Shown piece by piece: positions 17,428 to 25,564 of a stretch of 28,476 bases of DNA (within the stretch, counting starts at the first letter, position 1; each line of letters opens with the position of its first letter). The stretch lies in the sequence record DRR723986_5381. One strand, 5' to 3'. The notes under the pieces were generated by a model. That model made no database searches. It was not told where the DNA came from and saw only the letters and a list, made by a program, of their open reading frames with translations. The translations under genes were made by a program, and so were the position numbers.

Positions 17428-18945
17428 TTAGTTAACATCCCAGAAAATATTAGTTTCAAATGCTGTATCTACAGTCTGGTTATAAGGTGTAACATTAGCA
17501 GTGTTTCCAGAATATTCTGAAGTTGGGTAAAGTAGGCGTATAGGTCTACTTGGTCTATTAGTAATATCTGGTAAAGGCATATCACTAGGATATCCTGTTC
17601 TTGTATATTCAATCCATGTTTCAATACCGTTAGTTCCTCCTAGGTCAATCCATTTTTGTGTTATAATGGCTTCTAATTTATCTGCTGAACCGTCCCAACC
17701 AATTCCTTCAACTGAATCAGAGTCATTAAGGTAATTTCCAATATCTGCACCTAATCTGCTAAATGAAGCACTGATAGCTTGTTGGAATAATCCTTTAGCA
17801 TCACCGCTTGTTAATATACCTTTAAATACAGCCTCTGACTGTAAAAATAAAGCTTCAGATGCAGTCATTATATAACCATCTTGTAATGGTGAAATAAGTA
17901 AACCAGGTCCAATTCTTGAAGGTTGTCCTTCTCCACCTTGAGTGTTTCCTTGAATACTTGTTTGTCCTCCTCTTAATGTATAGAGTCTATTTAATCTTCC
18001 ATCTGGTACTGTAGTAGATGTGCCATTTAAAATATCTACTAAGTAAGTTGTTGGTCCTGTAGCTAAATTTCCGAAAGTAACATTACCAGCATTACCAAAT
18101 TCTCCAGGATTATATCCATAAGTACTTGGGAAAGGACTCATTTGATTGTTTGTGTCTGCATAGCCAGGATTAATGGTTACATCATCACCAAACCCTATAA
18201 AAGTTGATTCTGGTGAATTTAGTTTGGCAATTTCTGCATTTACAAAAGACTGAGCACCAGGATTAGATTGAGCGTAGTCATACATACGAACAACCATTCT
18301 TAATTTAATAGTGTTGGCAAATTTAATCCATCTATCCATATCACCATTTAACATAACATCGTTGGTTCCCATACTAATTACAGAATTAGTATCAGTGTTG
18401 TTTATAAGATCTATAGCTTCATTAAGCTGAGTAATTAAATCCATATACACCATTTCTTGTTCATCGTAGCTAGGAAATAAATTATCTCCTCGTTGGTGAA
18501 TTTCTGAAAATGGTATATCACCATATAAATCTACTAGATACTGAAAATAAAAAGCTCTTAAAATTAAGGAGGCTCCTTTATAATAGTCATAGTTCCCAGC
18601 ATTTTGGTTATTAATTATTGTAGTTAGATTTCCTGTTCGAGCCATTAGGCCATCCCATATTCCGTCATAAAAGTCTGTTGAAAATTGATACTGGAATTCT
18701 GTAAAATAAGGTGCTTGAACCTGTTGTGCGTTACCAGACCATGTTGCTACCATTAGGTTACCAAGGCCATTCATTGTTGAAATGAATGTAGCAGCCGGTA
18801 CTGTCTGTGCACCCGGCATAATTACTTCTGGTGGTAATTCGTCAATTACAACACCATTTGGGTCTTCATTTACTAGAACATCTTCACATGAGACTGCGAT
18901 GAGTGCTAGTATAAATAAGATTGATTTGAATTTTATACTTTTCAT
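17428..18945 (-). CDS. SusD/RagB-family nutrient-binding lipoprotein
   Basis: Lipobox AVSC, LVDLYGDIPFSE, WIKFANTIKLR, IITQKWI, EYTRTGYP and RLLYP. Directly downstream of susC. Confidence 0.93.
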   Translation of the reverse strand: MKSIKFKSILFILALIAVSCEDVLVNEDPNGVVIDELPPEVIMPGAQTVPAATFISTMNGLGNLMVATWSGNAQQVQAPYFTEFQYQFSTDFYDGIWDGLMARTGNLTTIINNQNAGNYDYYKGASLILRAFYFQYLVDLYGDIPFSEIHQRGDNLFPSYDEQEMVYMDLITQLNEAIDLINNTDTNSVISMGTNDVMLNGDMDRWIKFANTIKLRMVVRMYDYAQSNPGAQSFVNAEIAKLNSPESTFIGFGDDVTINPGYADTNNQMSPFPSTYGYNPGEFGNAGNVTFGNLATGPTTYLVDILNGTSTTVPDGRLNRLYTLRGGQTSIQGNTQGGEGQPSRIGPGLLISPLQDGYIMTASEALFLQSEAVFKGILTSGDAKGLFQQAISASFSRLGADIGNYLNDSDSVEGIGWDGSADKLEAIITQKWIDLGGTNGIETWIEYTRTGYPSDMPLPDITNRPSRPIRLLYPTSEYSGNTANVTPYNQTVDTAFETNIFWDVN

Positions 18946-18951
18946 AGTTTT

Positions 18952-21900
18952 TTAGAAATTAAGTTTTACGTTAAAGTTGTAGAATTTGGTAGGAGGAGTT
19001 TGACCATACCCACCAATACCAGATCCAATTTCAGGATCATTGTATCTTCTATTTTCTTTAGGCAATACTATTAATAAGTTTCTTGCACTTACACCTATAG
19101 ATGCTCCATTTATAAAGAGATTCTCTAACCATTCACTAGGAAGCGTGTAGCTTAGTGCTACTTCTCTTAATTTAAATGCAGTTGCATCTATTACAAAGTT
19201 CTCATCTACACCAGAAAAATCACCACTTTGAACAAAAGACTGGTACTGTGCGTAAGGTGTAGGACCTCCATATGAAGGACCGGTTAAAACACTGGTATTA
19301 GGAACACCAGATCCTTGAACGGTTGAATTTGGGAAAATAAAATAGCCTCTTCCATTTTCAGCTGTAATGTAACTACGTCCTTGACCAGTTAGATTGTTAT
19401 AAATACCAGAGTAGAATACATGACCGGTTCTGAAATCTGCAGTTGCACTTAGTCTGAATCCTTTATATCTAAACTCTGTATTGAAATTTAAAATGTAGTC
19501 TGGTGTAGTTCTGCCAAGAACTTTTAAATCAGTTGCCACTCTTGGTGAACCATCTGCATTTAATACTACAAGACCATTATCATCTCTTTCGTAAGCACTA
19601 CCTCTAATTAGAGGAAACTCTTCTCCTCTAATAGCATAAATACCAGGACTTCCAGAACCTAATATATCTGAATCATCTGTAATTTTTGTCGCTACAGTTC
19701 TTTGTGATGCAAATCCAAAGTTTAAAGACCATCTAAAGTCCTCATTACTAATAGGTACTAAACCTAAATCTAATTCGTAAGCATTAGTTTCAGTTTTACC
19801 AACATTTACACCTGCACTAAATACACTAGTGGCACTAGAAACAGAAGCGTTTAAGATCTGATTATCGTTAGTATAGAAAGAATAACTACCATCTAATGTG
19901 ATTCTTGGTATTCCTCTTTTATTTAATAACTCTAAATTTAAGTTGGCCTCAAATGTATTAATGAATTCTGGCTCTATATTATTATCGAATGTAGATGATG
20001 GAATTATAAATGAATTTATTCCATTAGGATAAGGGAATGCTCCAGGTCTAAATCCTGTATCATATAAATCATGAGTTCCTAAGGCTGAAATATTCGCAAC
20101 TTTTACAAAACCACCTGAAACTTTTATCTTGTGTAAGAAATCTGTTTTTAGTTTAGGAAACGCTTTTGTTGGAATAAATGAAGCACCAGCAGACCAATAG
20201 AAAAATCCTATATCACCTATTTCTCTACCTGGTGATTGTAATCTAGAATCCCATTCTTGTCGACCTGTTAAATTTAAGAATAAATAATTTTTATAGCTTA
20301 AATCTGCGTTAGCATAAACAGCTTGCTGTCTAAATTTAGAACTTGCATCTGTTACAGTTACACCAGTTGAAATATTTTCAACCGTATATAATCCAGGCAA
20401 GGTTAAAATTGTACCAGACGTAGTTTGTGAGAAACCTTCAGATTCTGTTGCATTAAAACCTATTAAAGATTTTAATTCAATATCTTCAGTTAATTGATAA
20501 TTAAAGTTTGTGATTAAATCCGTGTAAAGTCTTTTAGAATTTGAACTATTGACAGATAATGAAGATTGTATATCTCTCGCATCACCAGTAATTGTATATT
20601 CTGCTACATAATCATTAGTGTATGCCAATGATTTGCCACTGTTGGTTACAATATTAGATCTTAGTACAGTAGAAATGTTGTCATTAAACTGGTAACTTAA
20701 TTCTGCAGTTAAATCCGTTCGAACATTATCAGATAAATTTCTCTGATTATTTCTTACCCAATAAGGACTATCTCCAAAAGCAGTCCAGTGATCACTATTA
20801 CTACCAGAGTCAAACTGAGTCACATCCACATCACTCGGCAATTGTGCTAATTGACCATAAACACCACGAGATACAGTTTGATCTTCAGTTGTAAAACGTG
20901 CAATACCCGACATGGAGAATTTTCCAAATGTTTTTCCGGCACTTAAAGCAAAGAAATCTTTGGTATATTCATCTTTATCTATAACGCCTTGAGTATTTCT
21001 TCGGTTAGCTGTTAAAGAGTAATAACCTTCTCTATCACCTCCTGAAAGAGTAATTGTGTTTTGCAACGCAACACCATTTACAAAGAAGTCGTCCATATTA
21101 TCTTCTCTAAATCTGTATGTGTTATACCTGAAATCATTAAATGTTGGATAAGGTAGTCCTACTGGTTGTACTGACCCATCATATTCTGGACCCCATGAAC
21201 CTTGATCGAAAGCATCAATTTCTCCCCAATAGCCTTTACCATACCTGTCTTGAAGCTCTGGTAAAAACGCAATATCCTCGATGGTTAATGTTGAGGATAA
21301 TGAAACGTTTAATTTTCCTTGGTTTTTCTCACCTCTTTTAGTAGTAACAACAATAACACCGTTACCACCTCTAGATCCATATAATGCGGCACCATTTGGA
21401 CCTTTTAAAATTGTTACCGATTCGATAATTTCAGGATCTAAATCAGAAAGAGTACCTGCAGTAGATATAACATTGTCTATAACAACTAATGCAGAGTTAG
21501 AACCAGATAAGGACCTTGTACCTCTTAATCTAATTGTAGTACTAGGGTTAACACCTGTATTAGTGGTGTTAATCTGCAAACCTGATACTTTACCAGCGAG
21601 TGATTGCACAGCATCAGGGTTGTTTGCTGCAACAATTTCTTCAGCCTTTACATTTTCATAGGCCGTTGTAATTTCATCGGGCTTTCTTTTAATACCTACA
21701 GCAGTAATTACTACTTCGTCTAATTGAGAAGCATCTTCTTTTAGTGTAACATTAATTGTATTAGAATCTCCAACTACAATCTCTTGTGTTACCATTCCTA
21801 GGTAACTAAATACTAAAGTGGCTCCTGTAGTTGTAGTGATTTGGTACTTACCATCAAAATCTGTTTGGGTTCCATTTGTAGTTCCTTTGACCAAAATGTT

Positions 21901-22026
21901 TACACCAAGTAATGGTAGACCAGTTTCATCAGTTACCGTACCAGAAACAGTTTTTTCCTGGGCTGAGGCAAATTGAAACACTAGTACTAATAACAGGGTT
22001 AAAATACCTGAGTAATTTGTTTTCAT
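18952..22026 (-). CDS. SusC/RagA-family TonB-dependent outer membrane transporter
   Basis: N-terminal extension domain (VSGTVTD...GTQTDFDGKY), LDEVVITAVG, plug motif LKGPNGAALYGSRGGNGVIVVTTK, KLREVALSY and C-terminal Phe. Confidence 0.95.
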   Translation of the reverse strand: MKTNYSGILTLLLVLVFQFASAQEKTVSGTVTDETGLPLLGVNILVKGTTNGTQTDFDGKYQITTTTGATLVFSYLGMVTQEIVVGDSNTINVTLKEDASQLDEVVITAVGIKRKPDEITTAYENVKAEEIVAANNPDAVQSLAGKVSGLQINTTNTGVNPSTTIRLRGTRSLSGSNSALVVIDNVISTAGTLSDLDPEIIESVTILKGPNGAALYGSRGGNGVIVVTTKRGEKNQGKLNVSLSSTLTIEDIAFLPELQDRYGKGYWGEIDAFDQGSWGPEYDGSVQPVGLPYPTFNDFRYNTYRFREDNMDDFFVNGVALQNTITLSGGDREGYYSLTANRRNTQGVIDKDEYTKDFFALSAGKTFGKFSMSGIARFTTEDQTVSRGVYGQLAQLPSDVDVTQFDSGSNSDHWTAFGDSPYWVRNNQRNLSDNVRTDLTAELSYQFNDNISTVLRSNIVTNSGKSLAYTNDYVAEYTITGDARDIQSSLSVNSSNSKRLYTDLITNFNYQLTEDIELKSLIGFNATESEGFSQTTSGTILTLPGLYTVENISTGVTVTDASSKFRQQAVYANADLSYKNYLFLNLTGRQEWDSRLQSPGREIGDIGFFYWSAGASFIPTKAFPKLKTDFLHKIKVSGGFVKVANISALGTHDLYDTGFRPGAFPYPNGINSFIIPSSTFDNNIEPEFINTFEANLNLELLNKRGIPRITLDGSYSFYTNDNQILNASVSSATSVFSAGVNVGKTETNAYELDLGLVPISNEDFRWSLNFGFASQRTVATKITDDSDILGSGSPGIYAIRGEEFPLIRGSAYERDDNGLVVLNADGSPRVATDLKVLGRTTPDYILNFNTEFRYKGFRLSATADFRTGHVFYSGIYNNLTGQGRSYITAENGRGYFIFPNSTVQGSGVPNTSVLTGPSYGGPTPYAQYQSFVQSGDFSGVDENFVIDATAFKLREVALSYTLPSEWLENLFINGASIGVSARNLLIVLPKENRRYNDPEIGSGIGGYGQTPPTKFYNFNVKLNF

Positions 22027-22210
22027 AAATTATTGATTTAAGTTAGTCTCGAAAAAAAGGAATAGAATATTCCTATTTTGTTTAAAAGTACATTTTTTTA
22101 TTAATTTCTTAACTCAATATTGAAAGGTTTTTTGGTCTTTTTAAGGTGACAATTTAGCATATCGTAAAAATTTGGATAGAATTTTGAATAATCAGCAATA
22201 AAAGAGATTT

Positions 22211-22960
22211 ATGTCTTCCCAACATCAATTTAAATATTCTAATAGTGTTATTATATATCCTTTAATAATACTGTTTTCTATATGGATAGTGTTTTGGTAC
22301 CAAGTTCGAGTAGATTATGGTATTAAGTCTTTTGGTATTAGACCACAGAAGCTTGAAGGTTTATTAGGTGTTTTCACAAGTCCATTTTTACATGGAGATA
22401 TAGATCATTTATACAATAATTCTATTCCTTTATTTGTACTTACTCTTGCCTTATTCTATTTCTACAAGAAAATAGCATGGAAAGTCATTTTTTATGGTGT
22501 ATTAATGTCAGGTCTATTGACATGGATAATAAGTAGTAGGGGAAACCACATAGGTGCTAGTGGTTTAATTTATGTTTTAGTAAGTTTTATCTTTTTTAAA
22601 GGCATTTTTGCGAAGTATTATAGATTAATTGCCTTATCGTTAATGGTTATTTTTCTTTATGGCAGTATGATATGGTATGTTTTTCCGATCAAAGCTGATA
22701 TGTCTTGGGAAGGACATCTTGGAGGTCTTATAACGGGTTTTTTATTTGCTTTATTTTTCAGAAAGCAAGTAGCTAAACCAGAACGTTATAAATGGGAAGA
22801 GCCAAACTACAATGAAGAAGAGGATCCTTTTATGCGCCATTTTGATGAAGACGGTAATTTTATTGAACTACTCCCAGAAGAGGATATTGATGAAGAACTT
22901 GAATCTAATACAAGTCAGACAACAAGAATAAGATATATCATTAAAAAGAGAGAGGAATAA
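22211..22960 (+). CDS. Rhomboid-family intramembrane serine protease
   Basis: FLHGDIDHLYNN, catalytic GASG, WEGHLGG and multiple TM segments. Confidence 0.92.
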   Translation: MSSQHQFKYSNSVIIYPLIILFSIWIVFWYQVRVDYGIKSFGIRPQKLEGLLGVFTSPFLHGDIDHLYNNSIPLFVLTLALFYFYKKIAWKVIFYGVLMSGLLTWIISSRGNHIGASGLIYVLVSFIFFKGIFAKYYRLIALSLMVIFLYGSMIWYVFPIKADMSWEGHLGGLITGFLFALFFRKQVAKPERYKWEEPNYNEEEDPFMRHFDEDGNFIELLPEEDIDEELESNTSQTTRIRYIIKKREE

Positions 22961-22982
22961 AGTGTAAAAACAGTTATTATAT

Positions 22983-23717
22983 CTAGCTGCGTTGTCTCAC
23001 AGCTTCATATAAAAACGCACCACATGCCACCGAAACATTTAAGGAAGCAATCTCACCTAATATAGGAAGCTTAGCTTGATTATCGACAACTTTTAATACT
23101 GAAGGATTTATCCCTTTTCCTTCAGAACCCATAACAATAGCACAAGGTTCCTTAAAGGAAACATCAAATAAATAGTCCTCAGCTTTTTCCGTAGCAGCAA
23201 TTACTTTTATGCCTGATGATTGCATGTGAAAAACAGCATCTTTTATATGATCTACTTTACAAATTGGTATTTTAAAGATCGCTCCAGCACTCGTCTTTAT
23301 AGTGTCACCATTAATTGGTGCTCCACCTTTCTTTTGAATGATAATACCAGAAACACCAGTGCATTCAGCAGTTCTTACTATGGCGCCAAAATTTCTTACA
23401 TCACTTAATTGATCGAGTAGGAGGAATAGAGGTGTTTTACCTGATTCTATTACGCTCATTACTAAATCATCAATGTTATGAAACTCAATAGGAGATATCT
23501 GTGCTACAGCACCTTGATGATTTCCTCTTGTTAATCTATTCAGTTTTTCGACAGGAACGTATGATGAATTAATGCCCTCATTACGAAGTAAATATTCTAA
23601 CTCCTGAAATAACTCACCTCGTAGTCCTTTCTGAATAAAAACTTTATCTATAGTTTCACCAGATTTTACTGCTTCAATTATTGCGCGTATACCAAAAATT
23701 GTTGTTGCTTTTTCCAT
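22983..23717 (-). CDS. rlmB: 23S rRNA (guanosine-2251-2'-O)-methyltransferase RlmB (SPOUT/TrmH family)
   Basis: NHQG, DVRNFGAIVRTA, MGSEGKG and SLNVSVA motifs. Confidence 0.92.
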   Translation of the reverse strand: MEKATTIFGIRAIIEAVKSGETIDKVFIQKGLRGELFQELEYLLRNEGINSSYVPVEKLNRLTRGNHQGAVAQISPIEFHNIDDLVMSVIESGKTPLFLLLDQLSDVRNFGAIVRTAECTGVSGIIIQKKGGAPINGDTIKTSAGAIFKIPICKVDHIKDAVFHMQSSGIKVIAATEKAEDYLFDVSFKEPCAIVMGSEGKGINPSVLKVVDNQAKLPILGEIASLNVSVACGAFLYEAVRQRS

Positions 23718-23809
23718 TTATTTTAAGGTGTTAGACTGGTAAACACCTTCTAACTATTTGTTATGAGTTAAGTTTTTATTTTAAAATTGAATAATTTACT
23801 ACAGTGGCG

Positions 23810-23817
23810 CAAAGGTA
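23810..23817 (-). promoter_or_regulatory. Bacteroidota -7 promoter element for rlmB
   Basis: Minus strand TACCTTTG is an exact match to TAnnTTTG, about 90 nt upstream of the rlmB ATG. The -33 element is not clear. Confidence 0.6.
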
Positions 23818-23818
23818 T

Positions 23819-23844
23819 AAAAATCCATCCTGATTAAAGGATGG
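23819..23844 (-). terminator. Probable rho-independent terminator of the sulfotransferase gene
   Basis: Stem ccatcct/aggatgg (23825-23831 and 23838-23844) with a 6-nt loop, followed by ATTTTT on the minus strand, just after the stop codon. Confidence 0.65.
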
Positions 23845-23850
23845 TGTTTT

Positions 23851-25497
23851 TTAATTACGTATTACTTTTTTACTGGTAAATCCAGAATCGGAATAAATTT
23901 TCAGAAAATAAATCCCACTTGGCTGTAAAGAGAGATCAACACTATTATTACTATTAGTTTTTCCAACCATACTACCTAACATGTTAAAAATTTCAACTTT
24001 CAGAATTGGTAATGTACTATTAATAGTTATCATGTCATTAGTTGGGTTAGGGTAAATGCTTACGATAGACTTCTCAAATTCTGAAATACTCAAGTTTTCG
24101 CAAGGAGACAAATCAGGATTTATTTCAATTGGTAACCCTGGTGTCAAATCCCTTCCGACAAAAGCAGGGAAATCTAAAGGATATTTAATAGCTCTAAAGG
24201 TTAAATTTTGAGGAGAAGGTGGGTCACCTTGTACGCTAATTTCTCCCGTGGTATTGTTTACAGGATTAACATATTCCCATACGATATCTTCATTTGAATT
24301 TAATTCAAAAATCCGACCTTCTCTTCCTTCACAGATCAAGATATTACCATTTGGTAATTGTTGTGCACTACTAACTATTGCTGAGTAAAAATCTGAAGGA
24401 TCAGAAGATTGATCTGTGTACGTGAAATCCGTAGATAATGGAGCATAAGCAGTATTTGCCGTATAATCATATACACCAAGACTTGATTCTGGTGGAGAAA
24501 TTATATCTACCTGAGAATAGGTAGGATTTCTTTGAATTCCATTATTGAAAATTAAAATTTTGTTTTCGTTTGGTAAACCAGATTCGATAAAGTGAGGGTA
24601 ATGCTGACCAAATAATGTTCTGTCATTTTCATCACCTTGCCCGTAAGCTTGAGGATTTCCCCATCGAAATAACAAGTCTCCACCTTTGCCATAATTTCCT
24701 CCACTACTACTTGCAGCTTCTGCTGTGGTTGTAGAATGGTCAATAATCCAAATCTCACTGAGATTTCGGCTGCTTAATATTATCTGGTTTCGTTCGTCGT
24801 TGTATTGTATTGAATTAATATGGAGCCAATTATTGTTACCAAAATTCCCATTTGTGAAATTTATGTCAAGTTTTTGAGGGTTATTAGCAATTATTCCAAA
24901 GTTATCTTTAGAACTATCAAACTCCTGTACTAGGTGATCCTTAATGTTCCACTCCCATACAATATTAGCCTGATTTGTTCCAATAGGTTCTAACTCAATA
25001 ATCTGTTCATTATAAAGTTCGTTATCTACTAATAACGTTGGGTTTCTGCCGGCTTGTATGGCTTCTGCTGCTGTCATAACTGTAGCCGCCAGAAGCAATA
25101 CATTACCGTTAGGTAAAGGGTAGACATCATGGTGTTGCCTGTATTCATTAGTGCTGTAAGTGTAAGACCATAAGAGGTTATTGTCCCAGTCAAATAACTC
25201 TACAATTCCTCCTCTACCGCCAAAAGTAATATTACTACTACCATCTTCTAGCCTACCAGCTCGTAATAAATTCCCGTTTGGCAAAAGGTAAACTGCATTA
25301 CCAGGTATATAAGCACTAGACCACTGATTTACCACTTCACCACAATTATTAATTAAATAGGTAGATGTGTTTATTGTAAATAGAGTAAGTGCGTCGTAAG
25401 CTTCATTACTTATAGATTTTATACCTACAGTGTTCTGACTATGAATAGATATGGTAGTAGACACCATTACCAAGACCAAGAGTAATTTTTTAATCAT
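23851..25497 (-). CDS. Aryl-sulfate sulfotransferase (ASST-like beta-propeller) with type IX secretion C-terminal domain
   Basis: Signal peptide, repeated LPNGN blades, QHHD, WLHINSI, SSR and GQH motifs, and a type A CTD (IYPNPT...GIYFLKI...KKVIRN). Confidence 0.85.
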   Translation of the reverse strand: MIKKLLLVLVMVSTTISIHSQNTVGIKSISNEAYDALTLFTINTSTYLINNCGEVVNQWSSAYIPGNAVYLLPNGNLLRAGRLEDGSSNITFGGRGGIVELFDWDNNLLWSYTYSTNEYRQHHDVYPLPNGNVLLLAATVMTAAEAIQAGRNPTLLVDNELYNEQIIELEPIGTNQANIVWEWNIKDHLVQEFDSSKDNFGIIANNPQKLDINFTNGNFGNNNWLHINSIQYNDERNQIILSSRNLSEIWIIDHSTTTAEAASSSGGNYGKGGDLLFRWGNPQAYGQGDENDRTLFGQHYPHFIESGLPNENKILIFNNGIQRNPTYSQVDIISPPESSLGVYDYTANTAYAPLSTDFTYTDQSSDPSDFYSAIVSSAQQLPNGNILICEGREGRIFELNSNEDIVWEYVNPVNNTTGEISVQGDPPSPQNLTFRAIKYPLDFPAFVGRDLTPGLPIEINPDLSPCENLSISEFEKSIVSIYPNPTNDMITINSTLPILKVEIFNMLGSMVGKTNSNNSVDLSLQPSGIYFLKIYSDSGFTSKKVIRN

Positions 25498-25564
25498 CTA
25501 ATAATATTGCAATTTTTTGAGTCGAAAGATAATAATTACAATTGTAACTGTAAATGAAAAAAAA

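Noticed and set aside
17415..17459. ORF-track N-terminal extension MKLIFSGMLTNKKMI of the lipoprotein
   Set aside because: It overlaps the susD 3' end. The start at 17414 gives a normal lipoprotein signal peptide.
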